Made by a program: the position numbers and the translations under genes
The notes under the pieces: generated by a model
Seen by the model: only the letters and a program-made list of their open reading frames with translations
The model's database searches: none
Told to the model about the DNA's origin: nothing
NCBI GenBank assembly: GCA_009392515.1
Contig: VFGE01000031.1
Span: 604-64,603 of the forward strand
Reading direction: 5' to 3'
Source: SAR202 cluster bacterium
GTDB taxonomy: Bacteria > Chloroflexota > Dehalococcoidia > Lucifugimonadales > UBA6952
Length of the DNA stretch: 64,000 bases
Shown here: in pieces, positions 11,465 to 22,000 of the stretch
How positions within the stretch are numbered: position 1 is the stretch's first letter
Layout: every line of letters begins with the position of its first letter

Positions 11465-11779
11465 TTACCATTTCAAAACATCGAGTTTATCAACATCAGT
11501 GTTACGTTTTTCTTTATAAAGTTTCAACACAATAGCCAGAGCCAATGCTACTTCTGCTGCAGCTATTGTTATGATAAAAATTATGAGAATATGTCCTAAA
11601 AATCTTGATTGATCTAAAAATGCGCTAACACCAATTAAGTTAAGGTTTACTGCGTTAAGCATAAGTTCTATTGCAAGTAAAATAAGTACTGCATTCCTTC
11701 GAGAAAGAACTCCATAAATACCAATAGAAAATAATACTATGCTTGCAATTTGTATGTGTATAAGACTTAACTCATCCAT
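11465..11779 (-). CDS. nuoK: NADH-quinone oxidoreductase subunit K
   Basis: 104 aa, three TM segments, LLAIELMLNAVNLNLI motif. It has a 1-nt TAATG overlap with nuoJ. Confidence 0.9.
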   Translation of the reverse strand: MDELSLIHIQIASIVLFSIGIYGVLSRRNAVLILLAIELMLNAVNLNLIGVSAFLDQSRFLGHILIIFIITIAAAEVALALAIVLKLYKEKRNTDVDKLDVLKW

Positions 11780-12270
11780 TATTTATTACTTTCTGTGTTT
11801 GATACTACAATTGCGCCTATTAAGGCCACTAACAAAATGACGGATACTATTTCGAAAGGAATTCCCCAATACGAAAAAAGTTCTATCCCAATATTTTTCA
11901 TATCTGTACCCAAGGCCCCAGTTACAGTATTTCCACCGGTAGTAATGAAGGCAATTGTGCCTGTTATAAAAAATAATATTGAACCTATGAGGGAGTATTT
12001 CCAATGTTTGTTTTTAACTTGAAAATTAAAATCTGAAATATTAGTTAGCATTAGTGCAAAAAGAATAACAATAATTATTGCTCCGCCATAAAGCAAAATT
12101 TGTACTATTGCCAAAAACTGTGAGAGTAAAATTACATAGACTCCAGCTATACCAAATAAGGTGATTAATAAATAAAATGTAGCGTGTACTACATGGCGAC
12201 TTGTAACAACACCTATTGCAGATACTGTTATGATCGAACTTAATATGTAAAATACTAGTAAACTACTCAT
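11779..12270 (-). CDS. nuoJ: NADH-quinone oxidoreductase subunit J
   Basis: 163 aa hydrophobic protein. Its position between nuoI and nuoK and its size fit NuoJ. Confidence 0.85.
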   Translation of the reverse strand: MSSLLVFYILSSIITVSAIGVVTSRHVVHATFYLLITLFGIAGVYVILLSQFLAIVQILLYGGAIIIVILFALMLTNISDFNFQVKNKHWKYSLIGSILFFITGTIAFITTGGNTVTGALGTDMKNIGIELFSYWGIPFEIVSVILLVALIGAIVVSNTESNK

Positions 12271-12271
12271 T

Positions 12272-12757
12272 TTATTCTTTAGATTCCTTTGACGGTTTTA
12301 CTGGTGGAGCCCAATTTGTTTCTTTTTGATAACTTTTACCCATTTCTAGAAGTTGTTGTAAATTTGCCCTGTTGCCATTTCGATTGACAACGGATAATTC
12401 ATGTTGATGGCTCATCTCAATCGCATCAAAATTACATACTTCTACACAAATTCCACATAATATACAGCGGCCTAAGTTGATTTCAAATGCATCTATAATT
12501 TTTCGTCGTTTACTTTCACCAGATTCATTTTTAGGATTATCTTTCATTATTGCACTCATACAACTTGTAGGACAATTTCTTACACATACCATACATCCGG
12601 TACAATATGGTTCATCAACAACGTCATCGTACATAAGAACTGGAAATCCCATATAACGATCTGCTATTGGTAAATGCTTTTCAGGGTATTGCGCTGTTAC
12701 GACAGGTCTGAAAAATTCAGAAATTGTAGTCATTAAACCTTTTATACTACTTAACAT
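12272..12757 (-). CDS. nuoI: NADH-quinone oxidoreductase subunit I (2x[4Fe-4S] ferredoxin-type)
   Basis: 161 aa with two CxxCxxCxxxCP-type motifs (CTGCMVCVRNCP and CILCGICVEVCN). Confidence 0.92.
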   Translation of the reverse strand: MLSSIKGLMTTISEFFRPVVTAQYPEKHLPIADRYMGFPVLMYDDVVDEPYCTGCMVCVRNCPTSCMSAIMKDNPKNESGESKRRKIIDAFEINLGRCILCGICVEVCNFDAIEMSHQHELSVVNRNGNRANLQQLLEMGKSYQKETNWAPPVKPSKESKE

Positions 12758-13891
12758 TTATATTCCCTCAGGTAATTTATAATTTCTAGCTTTACGTAAC
12801 ATTTCTTCTGCATCTATTTTTGCAGGACTTGTAAATCTGGTATACAAAACATATCCAATTATAACTGTCATCAATATATTTATAATCGACAATACCAAAA
12901 GAGGTATATCGTAAAAAATGATTACTGATGAAAATATTACATTTGCAAATGATAAAGGTATTAAGACTTTCCATGCAAAAGACATAAGCTGGTCTATCCT
13001 CATTCTTGGAAAGGTTCCTCGAAACCAAAAGATGATCAACACAACACCGTAAGATTTAATAATTGTTATAAAAAACCCAAGTACTATGTTTTCTTGTAAA
13101 GATACAAATGGAATATGCCACCCACCAAGGAATAAAAGAGTAATCAATACAGCGATGGTAAAAGTTTGTATATACTCTGCTAAGTAGAAAACAGACCAAT
13201 GGGCACCACTATATTCAACAAAAGGACCTCCTACAATTTCGGATTCTGCATGATATATATCAAAAGGTATTCTTCCAACTTCAGCTATACCAGCTATGAA
13301 AAAGAGTAGCAGTCCCAAAGGGAGATAAATTGCATATGGAATTATATTTTGTTTATCGACAATTTCTTTTAAATCTGTTGTTTGACATATTATTAATACT
13401 GAAATCGCAACCATGATTATTGGTATTTCATAACTAATCAATTGCGCTGTTGATCGTAATCCCCCAAGTATTGCGTATTTATTAGCAGATCCCCATCCAG
13501 CCATAACTAATCCAGTAATTGAAACAACAGTTAAGGCGATAACAAAAAGCAGTCCGAGATTCATATTATTTACTGCCAATACTGAATTATCACTTGCTAT
13601 AGGTATGGTAACCCATATAACGAATGGAGGTACAAAGACAATAATTGGAGCAAGCCAATATATCCATTTATCTGCTGATTCTGGGATTATATCTTCTTTA
13701 ACAAGAAGTTTTATGCCGTCTGCGAGGGATTGTAAAAGTCCTTGTGGGCCTACACGGTTAGGACCAATTCTTCGTTGTATTTTTCCTAAAACTCTTCTTT
13801 CAAGCCATACCATAGATAAAACGACTATGGTTAGCCCACCAAAAAGTGCAATAATTTTTATCTGTAATAAGAAAAGGTCTACAATACTCAT
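12758..13891 (-). CDS. nuoH: NADH-quinone oxidoreductase subunit H
   Basis: 377 aa with the ERRVLGKIQRRIGPNRVGPQGLLQSLADGIKL motif. It has a 4-nt ATGA overlap with nuoD. Confidence 0.93.
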   Translation of the reverse strand: MSIVDLFLLQIKIIALFGGLTIVVLSMVWLERRVLGKIQRRIGPNRVGPQGLLQSLADGIKLLVKEDIIPESADKWIYWLAPIIVFVPPFVIWVTIPIASDNSVLAVNNMNLGLLFVIALTVVSITGLVMAGWGSANKYAILGGLRSTAQLISYEIPIIMVAISVLIICQTTDLKEIVDKQNIIPYAIYLPLGLLLFFIAGIAEVGRIPFDIYHAESEIVGGPFVEYSGAHWSVFYLAEYIQTFTIAVLITLLFLGGWHIPFVSLQENIVLGFFITIIKSYGVVLIIFWFRGTFPRMRIDQLMSFAWKVLIPLSFANVIFSSVIIFYDIPLLVLSIINILMTVIIGYVLYTRFTSPAKIDAEEMLRKARNYKLPEGI

Positions 13892-15000
13892 CGATCTACT
13901 TCACCCAAAACAATGTCAATTGAACCTAAAATCATAACTGCATCAGAAACATAGGCATTTCGCATCATATGTCTTAAAGCCATTAAGTTACAAAATGATG
14001 GGGGACGAATTTTTAGTCTATAGGGTTTATCTGAACCATCGCTAACTAAATATACCCCAAAATCCCCACGAGGATTTTCAGCATGTACAAAAATATCGCC
14101 TTCTGGAGGTCGTGCAATTCTTCTAACATTTGCTGCGATTTCTCCATCAGGTATTTGCTTTAAAGCTTGTTCAATAATTTTAACTGATTCTCTTATTTCT
14201 TGAACTCTGACAAAATATCTATCCCAAACATCTCCACGATCACCCACAGGAATATCAAAATCAAACCTTTCATAAATAGAATATGGATCATTTTTTCTCA
14301 AATCATAGGAAACGCCTGACGCTCGTAAATTTGGGCCAGTAAGTCCAAAGTCTATAGCATCTTCAGCATTGATTAATCCAATATTCCTTGTACGGTTTAG
14401 AAATATTTCATTAAACGATAATAAGCTATCTGCTTGATCAACTCCTTTTTTTATTTCGTCTATTAGCCAATAAATTTTTTCAAAAAAATCAGTTGGTAAG
14501 TCTTCTTTTACCCCCCCGATCCTAAAGTAATTATGCATCATTCTTGCACCACTTACAGATTCGAAAACAGATTGGATTTTTTCCCTATCTCTAAATCCGT
14601 AAAGTATGGGAGTACTAGCACCAGCATCCATTCCCATGGTTCCGTAAAAAAGGAAATGACTAGCTATGCGATTAAGTTCACATAAAATTACTCTTATATA
14701 TTCTGCTCTCTCTGGTATTTCTACTTCCATTAATTTTTCAACTGCCATACAAAAAACAAGTTCATTATTGAAATTAGCTAAATAATCTAATCGATCAAAA
14801 AGAGTGACGATTTGTGCATATTGTTCTCCTTCAGATAGTTTCTCTGATCCGCGATGGAGATAACCTATATACGGATCCACATCAATGACTCTTTCTCCAT
14901 CTATCTGAAGTACCATTCTGAAAACACCGTGAGTAGATGGATGCTGAGGTCCCATATTTAGTAGCATATCTACACTATTTAAACTTTGTTGATTAGTCAT
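13888..15000 (-). CDS. nuoD: NADH-quinone oxidoreductase subunit D
   Basis: 370 aa with NMGPQHPSTHGVFR and C-terminal GSIDIVLGEVDR, both typical of NuoD/49-kDa subunits. Confidence 0.95.
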   Translation of the reverse strand: MTNQQSLNSVDMLLNMGPQHPSTHGVFRMVLQIDGERVIDVDPYIGYLHRGSEKLSEGEQYAQIVTLFDRLDYLANFNNELVFCMAVEKLMEVEIPERAEYIRVILCELNRIASHFLFYGTMGMDAGASTPILYGFRDREKIQSVFESVSGARMMHNYFRIGGVKEDLPTDFFEKIYWLIDEIKKGVDQADSLLSFNEIFLNRTRNIGLINAEDAIDFGLTGPNLRASGVSYDLRKNDPYSIYERFDFDIPVGDRGDVWDRYFVRVQEIRESVKIIEQALKQIPDGEIAANVRRIARPPEGDIFVHAENPRGDFGVYLVSDGSDKPYRLKIRPPSFCNLMALRHMMRNAYVSDAVMILGSIDIVLGEVDR

Positions 15001-15003
15001 ACT

Positions 15004-15522
15004 TTACCATTCTTTATAATCGTTGAAAGGAAAATCTTTTCTTCCTGGATATCCTTCAAATTCTTCGTATAATAGCAAGGGGGATAGATTCGGGTGGCCT
15101 TCAAAAACAACCCCAAATAAATCGTGGCCTTCCCTTTCGTACCAATCGCTACCCTTCCACAAACCAATACATGATGAAATTAATGGTTTATCTTTATCTA
15201 GACTTGATTTAATAACATATCGATGGTTGAGGGTTGTAGATTGTAAGTGATAAACAGCTTCAAATCTATCTTCATAGTCAACAATACTCAGGCATAAGAA
15301 AAGGTTGCAAGATGTTTCAGGGGAGTTCTTGAGAATTGTAAGAATATCTAAAAGGTCTGTTCTTTGTATATGTATATTAATTTCTCCTAGAAAAGAAGTA
15401 ATAGTAATATCATATGTACCCAGAATATTTTCAAGTGTAGTAATCTTTTCTACTATGATTGGATCTAAATCTGCAGAAACTTCTTCTTCTGATATTGATT
15501 CAGTTGTTTCTTCTTCAGCCAT
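15004..15522 (-). CDS. nuoC: NADH-quinone oxidoreductase subunit C
   Basis: 172 aa with the [19 protein letters not shown] motif and an acidic N-terminal tail. Confidence 0.9.
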   Translation of the reverse strand: MAEEETTESISEEEVSADLDPIIVEKITTLENILGTYDITITSFLGEINIHIQRTDLLDILTILKNSPETSCNLFLCLSIVDYEDRFEAVYHLQSTTLNHRYVIKSSLDKDKPLISSCIGLWKGSDWYEREGHDLFGVVFEGHPNLSPLLLYEEFEGYPGRKDFPFNDYKEW

Positions 15523-16126
15523 TTCTTCTAGCGTCCTGTTTGATTTTTTCTTGTAATCTTAATATGCCTTCCATGAGTGCTTCTGGTCGTGGAGGACAAC
15601 CTGGAACGTATACATCAACTGGTATAATGTGATCTACTCCCATAACTACTGAGTAAGATCGATAGTAAGGACCTCCATTAGTAGCACAACTTCCCATGGC
15701 AATTACCCATTTAGGTTCAGGCATTTGTTCATAAAGTAGTTGAATAGGTTTTGCCATTTTTTTAACAACAGTGCCTGCAACAATCATTACATCGGCCTGT
15801 CGTGGTGAAGGCCATGGTGTTACTCCAAATCTATCAAGGTCATGGTGTCCCATATATGTGCTCATCATCTCAATTGCACAGCAAGCTAATCCAAAAGTTA
15901 AAGGCCATAAAGACGACGTTCTAGCTAAGGCTAATAATTGGTCAATTTTGGCAGTAATTACACCAGGGGTACCAGACTTTTGAAGTAGACTTTGTGCCGG
16001 TACATTCCCAGAACTTATAGAATCAGGTGTTTCCCAATTATCATTACTTGTAGGGATTAAAGGGATTGAGAGTTTATGATCTCTTTTAGGAGTCCAGGAT
16101 TCTGGTTGCATTTTATTTATTTCCAT
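15515..16126 (-). CDS. nuoB: NADH-quinone oxidoreductase subunit B (N2 cluster subunit)
   Basis: Motifs are [19 protein letters not shown] and [11 protein letters not shown] (cluster N2 cysteines). The track ORF starts at TTG 16147. I prefer ATG 16126, which is preceded by AAGGAG with a 7-nt spacer. Confidence 0.92.
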   Translation of the reverse strand: MEINKMQPESWTPKRDHKLSIPLIPTSNDNWETPDSISSGNVPAQSLLQKSGTPGVITAKIDQLLALARTSSLWPLTFGLACCAIEMMSTYMGHHDLDRFGVTPWPSPRQADVMIVAGTVVKKMAKPIQLLYEQMPEPKWVIAMGSCATNGGPYYRSYSVVMGVDHIIPVDVYVPGCPPRPEALMEGILRLQEKIKQDARRNG

Positions 16127-16587
16127 TGCAGAACTCCTTTTCTCCAAGCATAAACAATTCCTAGAATTAGTATGGCAATGAATACCATCATTTCATAAAA
16201 TACTAGATTTGATAATGCCACTGTAAATTCGCCATTAACATTTTCTTTAATTTCGTTGAATACAGCAGCCCAAGGAAATATAAAAACTGCTTCAACATCG
16301 AATATAAGAAATAAGATTCCAAATATGTAATAACGTACATGAATTTGTGACCAAGAAAATGGAGTAGGTCGTATTCCATTTTCATATGTGATTAGTTTAT
16401 CAATAGATTTTCTTTTGGGAGATAATATAAATGATGCTATGAACATACCCAAAATAGAAATAACTCCAAATGCAGTTGCTATTAAAATAGCAATCCAAGT
16501 GTCTTGAATTATTTGTACTTCATTACCCACAAGAATCCTCTGAATGAAATCTATGAAAAAATGTTCAGCAGGTATAAATTGTATCAA
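16117..16587 (-). CDS. nuoA: NADH-quinone oxidoreductase subunit A
   Basis: 156 aa with YENGIRPT and [14 protein letters not shown] motifs. It is first in the operon. The exact start is uncertain because the N-terminus is longer than is usual for NuoA. Confidence 0.85.
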   Translation of the reverse strand: MIQFIPAEHFFIDFIQRILVGNEVQIIQDTWIAILIATAFGVISILGMFIASFILSPKRKSIDKLITYENGIRPTPFSWSQIHVRYYIFGILFLIFDVEAVFIFPWAAVFNEIKENVNGEFTVALSNLVFYEMMVFIAILILGIVYAWRKGVLQWK

Positions 16588-16686
16588 TCCAATTATAGGG
16601 GTGTCAAACTTCTAGAGGATGTTTTTTATAACTTCTTATAATATGATGGTGGTAATATAAATTTTAACGTAAATTGTGCTAAATTT

Positions 16687-17169
16687 ATGTCTACTATAAA
16701 ATATTGTTCTTCATGTGCTACTGAAATGATTCTTAAACCTTTTGAGAATATCAATAGGTTTTTTTGTATTAATTGTGATCGTATGGAATTTATAGACCCC
16801 AAAGTTGTGACTGGTGTTTTATTTACAATTAAATCAAAAGTTTTATTAATCCAAAGAAATCTGGAACCTCAAAGAGGGAAATGGACTTTTCCTGCTGGGT
16901 TTGTGGATAGAGGCGAGAAAGTAGAAGATGCGGCTATACGAGAAGTTTTTGAAGAAACGGGTTATATTGTAGAACTTGATAAACTAATAGGAGTATATTC
17001 ACAAAAAAATGATCCGATTATACTCATTGTATATGGTGGGCACGTTGTTGGTGGTGAAATAACTGACAATTCAGAAGTTCAAAGCATACAAACTTTTCCA
17101 ATAGATAAATTACCTGTTTTAGCTTTTGAAAGAGATCAGAAAATTATAGATGAGTGGATGGAACAATAA
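16687..17169 (+). CDS. NUDIX hydrolase with N-terminal CxxC...CxxC zinc ribbon
   Basis: 160 aa with the Nudix box GFVDRGEKVEDAAIREVFEETGY and an N-terminal CSSC...CINC. Confidence 0.85.
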   Translation: MSTIKYCSSCATEMILKPFENINRFFCINCDRMEFIDPKVVTGVLFTIKSKVLLIQRNLEPQRGKWTFPAGFVDRGEKVEDAAIREVFEETGYIVELDKLIGVYSQKNDPIILIVYGGHVVGGEITDNSEVQSIQTFPIDKLPVLAFERDQKIIDEWMEQ

Positions 17170-17170
17170 G

Positions 17171-18052
17171 CTATTCTTGAAGATATTTTGAAAATATATC
17201 AATCAATTCTTCTAATGAGCGGTCTTCTTTATAATTTTCAGGTGTTTCATTAAGCGCAATTTCTGTCTTACTAACAAAATCATAGGTGTCTGCTGCAGCT
17301 TTATGAAACATTCCACTGAGATTTGCAGATTCAAAAGTTGAACTGATTTCTAACATTTCACCAATCCATCTATTTGATTTAGTATGAACTTCACTCATGC
17401 CATTCATACGTTTTAACATTTCAGACTGACTTTTACTAAATTCAGCAATTAGGCTGTCGTATACTCCTAAAATTTTGGCAGTTGATAAAACAGAAATATT
17501 CAAAGCTATAGTACCCTTAGTCATTCCTGCATAACACATTTTAATCGCAGAAGCTTGTCCAATTTCAGAACCTATATTATTCACTTTAATACCCTTGCCG
17601 TTTAGACTTTCTAAAGGGGTTGTATCAGGCCCACTAGTATAAAAAACTGGTTGGTAGTTTTCTGATGGAGGTCCCCCGATAATACCACCATCGATAAAAA
17701 TCGCTGATGTACCGTTAAAATATTCCGACATTTTTTGAGTTGTTTGTGGAGCGATTGCATTGCAATCTGCAAAATAAATAGATTTATCTAATGATTTGAT
17801 AGTTTCTGAAATCGTTTTGGCAAAAGGTACAGCTTGTGATGGGACTAATATAGATAGGATCAAGTCGGAATTTTCAACTAAGTTTTTTAAATTTCCTACA
17901 TCTTGTATTTTTGCATATTTTGCTAACGATTTGGTCCTTTTACTTCTTCCTTCTAATGAAGTGATTACATTAACGTTATTATTTATGAGTTGTGCTCCAA
18001 CAGCATGCCCCATATCTCCGGGGCTAATTATTCCGACAGTAATATTTTTCAA
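17171..18052 (-). CDS. NAD(P)-binding dehydrogenase, 6-phosphogluconate-dehydrogenase-like N-domain plus DUF1932-like C-domain
   Basis: 293 aa with N-terminal ITVGIISPGDMGHAVG dinucleotide-fold glycines and a helical C-terminal half. The substrate is unknown. Confidence 0.6.
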   Translation of the reverse strand: MKNITVGIISPGDMGHAVGAQLINNNVNVITSLEGRSKRTKSLAKYAKIQDVGNLKNLVENSDLILSILVPSQAVPFAKTISETIKSLDKSIYFADCNAIAPQTTQKMSEYFNGTSAIFIDGGIIGGPPSENYQPVFYTSGPDTTPLESLNGKGIKVNNIGSEIGQASAIKMCYAGMTKGTIALNISVLSTAKILGVYDSLIAEFSKSQSEMLKRMNGMSEVHTKSNRWIGEMLEISSTFESANLSGMFHKAAADTYDFVSKTEIALNETPENYKEDRSLEELIDIFSKYLQE

Positions 18053-18063
18053 AATACTCCTTA

Positions 18064-18963
18064 TTATATTCTTGCTTTCACATTCGAAAGTTGTTCATGG
18101 GCTTTAACTAATGCTTGAGTACCTTCGTCTCCTAGTCCTTGACTTAATAACCCTGCAAATAACTGGCTGACAAGCGAAGTACCAGGTATTGCGACGTTTA
18201 GTTCTTGAGCTGACTCAATAATTAGTCTCAGATCTTTTTGTTGTAGTTTAATCATAAATCCAGGATCAAAATCACCTTTAATTAGTCTAGGACCTAGTGT
18301 GTTTAATTGCCAAGAAGCCGCAGCGCCTCCACCAACGGCTTCAATAGTAGTAGGTAAATCTGCCCCGGATTTAGCGGCGAAAACCATTGCTTCAGCTACA
18401 GCATTCATGGTACCAGCTACTAATATTTGATTTACTAATTTAGTAGTTTGCCCCATACCTGAAGATCCTGTGTGGATTATATTTTTACCCATTGCTTCAA
18501 ATACAGGTAGGCAAGTATTAAAATCTTCGTTACTTCCACCAATCATTATTGAAAGTGTGCCTTCGATAGCTCCCCAAGAACCACCGCTAACAGGTGCATC
18601 AAGTAATGAACTTTGATGTTTGCTTAATTCCTCATTGATATTTCTAGTTATCTTCGGAGAGATTGTACTCATATCAATTACAATACTATTTGCTTGAATA
18701 CCTTGAATTACTCCATTTTCTCCGAGAATTATTTGTTCAACATCTGAAGAATCAGTAAGCATAGTAATTATACATTTGGCATTTTCTGCAACCTCTTTTG
18801 GATTACTAGCTACTCGAGCTCCTAATTCACTTAGTTCCTTAGTTTTTGATTTGGTACGATTGTATACAATGAGGTCAAAATTACTCTTAATTAGGTTTTT
18901 TGCCATTGGAAGACCCATAATTCCTAATCCGATAAATCCGATAGTTTCGTTTTTTACATTCAT
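18064..18963 (-). CDS. beta-hydroxyacid dehydrogenase (3-hydroxyisobutyrate / 2-hydroxy-3-oxopropionate reductase family)
   Basis: Motifs IGFIGLGIMGLPMAKNL and DAPVSGG. The track ORF extends to 19065. I trimmed it to ATG 18963 (MNVKNETIGFIGLG), which is preceded by GAGGG. Confidence 0.85.
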   Translation of the reverse strand: MNVKNETIGFIGLGIMGLPMAKNLIKSNFDLIVYNRTKSKTKELSELGARVASNPKEVAENAKCIITMLTDSSDVEQIILGENGVIQGIQANSIVIDMSTISPKITRNINEELSKHQSSLLDAPVSGGSWGAIEGTLSIMIGGSNEDFNTCLPVFEAMGKNIIHTGSSGMGQTTKLVNQILVAGTMNAVAEAMVFAAKSGADLPTTIEAVGGGAAASWQLNTLGPRLIKGDFDPGFMIKLQQKDLRLIIESAQELNVAIPGTSLVSQLFAGLLSQGLGDEGTQALVKAHEQLSNVKARI

Positions 18964-19056
18964 GTTGTGTCCCTCTTGGTAAATTTGCGACATTAGTATA
19001 GAGTAGTAGTACAAACTGTAAAACAACGTAATTGCGGAGTCAACAGGAGTTCCATA

Positions 19057-22000
19057 GTGTTTCATAAAGTGTCAGAATTATTTAACAATTCTGACTGGTA
19101 TTTAAGTCTAATCGACTTATTAAAAACCAATCTTTACACAGAGGTCTCAGTACCTGATTGTGGCAGATCACTATTGTTTAATTCACTAAATTTTAGATTC
19201 AATTCACCAATTTTGTATTTGACTCGTGATATTAATCGTGCAGAAACCTTAGTTAATGATTTATTAATGATTACAGGTTCTCAAAACCAGGTGTTTTATT
19301 ATCCTCCACTTGAAAACATACCATTTGAATTTTTACATATTAACTCCATGACCTACACTCAAAGATCCAAAGCTTTATCTGCAATCATTGAATCAGAAAA
19401 AACACAATATCCTCCGATAGTTGTTGCCCCAATTTCTGCCATTACAAATAAAATAATTAGTTCTTTTGAAATGAAAGAAAAAAGGCTGATTATTAAAGAA
19501 GGCACATCATTAAAAATGAAAAATTTGTTATTTTTACTATTACAGTTTGGCTATAAATTGAACAAGTTTACTGAAATGGAAGGACAATGTAGTCAAAGAG
19601 GTGGAATTGTTGATATTTTTTGTCCGATCTATGCAAATCCAATTCGAATGGAGTTTTGGGGCGATGAGGTAGTAAGTTTACGCAGTTTTGATACTAATTC
19701 CCAAACTTCCTTAGAAGTAATGAATGAAGCTATAATTTATCCAGTAAGCGAAGTCGTTTTCCCAACAAATAATGCCTCAATTGAATACTTTGGTAACCAA
19801 ATGGGACAGAAGCAAAATATTCAACAATTTTCTGGAGAGCTCAAGTTTAATAATAATTTCGAATTCCCCGACTTTTACGCTGGTATATACAATAACAGTT
19901 CATTATTAGATTACTTTGATAACACAGGTTTGGTAATTATTGATGGTAAAGAAAAAATACTCGAGAAATATTATGAATTGTATGAAGAAATACTTGATCG
20001 TCAAAATACTTATAGTAAAACGAACGCCTTACCAGAGGATTTCCAGTCTCCCTATTTCTCATATACTGAATTTAACAATTTTGTAGATAATCTTAATAAA
20101 GTTATCGATATTAAAGAGTTTCAGTCAAAAGGTTTTAATGTGCCCATCAAACCGATTTTAGCTTATCAAAATCAATTTGATAAGTTAATAAGCGATATAA
20201 AAATGAAGATTAAAACTGGTATGGTTATTGTTGTGTCTTCATATTTGAATAGAATTAAGGAATTATTTCAAGAGTATGAAATACCATATGAAATTCTAAC
20301 AGATCAAACAAAAACCATCAGAAAAAATATAGTAACAATAGCAGAAGGTAATTTAAAAGAAGGACTTTTAATAGAGCAGAATGAAGAAGTATTAATACTT
20401 AGTGATAATGAAATTTTTGGATACAGTAAACAACGGAATATTATAGTTAATGAGAATAAAACCCGAGGTGTATCCTCAATATCTCTTGATGAGTTTAGTA
20501 TTAATTCTTTTGTTGTACATATTGATCATGGTATTGGGAAATTTATTGGCACTACTGTTATGAGTGAATATGGAGACAGTGAAGAATATATGGTTTTACA
20601 GTATGCAGATAAAGGAAAGATTTATGTCCCAACGCATATGTCTCATAGAGTCAGTTTATATAAGGGATCAAGTGGTACAAACCCATCTTTATCAAGATTA
20701 TCCACATTGGAATGGAAAAGAACAAAAGCGCAAGTAGAGGAAGACACTTTAGAGATTGCTAAAGATTTACTTGATTTATATGCCCAAAGGAGTTTAGCCA
20801 AAGGAAAGAGTTTTCCTAGTGATAGTTTATGGCAAATAGAATTAGAAGATTCTTTTCCATACATTGAAACTGAAGATCAAATCAGAGTTATAAATGAGGT
20901 AAAAGAAGACATGGAATCTGAAACACCTATGGATAGATTAATTTGCGGTGATGTAGGATTTGGGAAAACGGAAGTTGCTCTAAGATCCGCATTTAAAGCT
21001 GTTGATTCAGGGGCTCAGGTTATCATTTTAGTACCAACAACAGTATTAGCAACTCAACACTTTGAGACATTTGTTAATCGATTAAAACCATATCCTATTA
21101 CGATCAAAATGTTGAGCAGATTGGTTCCTAAAAGTGAACAAAAACAAATAATTACTGATTTATCGAATGGTCAAGTTGATATTTGTATAGGTACTCATAG
21201 ATTATTACAAAAAGATATAAAATTAAAAAATTTAGGATTAGTTATTGTTGATGAAGAACATCGATTTGGTGTACTCCAAAAAGACCGACTTAAAGAAATG
21301 CGTTTAGGAGTTGATTATTTATCTATGAGCGCAACACCAATACCTAGGACACTTAGTATGACTATGTCTGGATTAAAGGATATGAGTACTATAGACACTG
21401 CACCAGAGTATAGATTACCAGTTAAAACTTTTGTATCTGAAGAGAGTGATGAACTAATTGCAGAGGCAATAAAAAGAGAATTATCCCGGCAAGGTCAAGT
21501 ATATTATTTGCATAATCGAGTTCATTCCATTCATATGATTGCGAGTAAATTAAAAAAATTAATACCTAATTTACGAGTTGCTATAGCTCATGGACGGATG
21601 TTGCCGGAAAGTTTAGATAAAGTTATGACCGATTTTGTAGCAAAGAAATTTGACGTATTGGTGTGTACAACCATAATTGAATCTGGACTAGATTTGCCTT
21701 CAGTAAACACATTAATAGTAGATAATGCTGATCGTTTTGGGCTTGCACAATTATATCAGTTAAGGGGACGGATCGGTCGTAGTTATAGACAAGGATATGC
21801 TTATTTTACAATTCCGGAATTTAAAATTATTACTCCACCTGCACAAGCAAGATTAGATACTATTTTAGCATCTTCTGATATAGGTTCTGGTTATAGAGTA
21901 GCGAGTAGAGATTTAGAAATTCGAGGTGCTGGACAAGTTCTTGGGAAGAAACAGAGTGGTCATATTACAACGATAGGTTTTGATCTCTATATGAAAATGA

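Noticed and set aside
16687-17169. Zinc-ribbon NUDIX divergent from nuoA as a NudC-type NADH pyrophosphatase functionally tied to complex I.
   Set aside because: It lacks the SQPWPFPxS-type motif that marks NudC specificity downstream of the Nudix box. The adjacency alone is weak evidence in a genome this compact.
18964-19065. N-terminal extensions of track ORFs. Besides this one, they occur at 16127-16147, 28712-28840, 42007-42024, 42027-42104, 50665-50703, 60895-60936 and 62159-62182.
   Set aside because: The extensions begin at TTG/GTG or upstream ATG codons without an SD, run through divergent promoter regions or upstream genes, and precede an internal ATG. That internal ATG has a good SD or ATGA-type coupling and matches the conserved family N-terminus.
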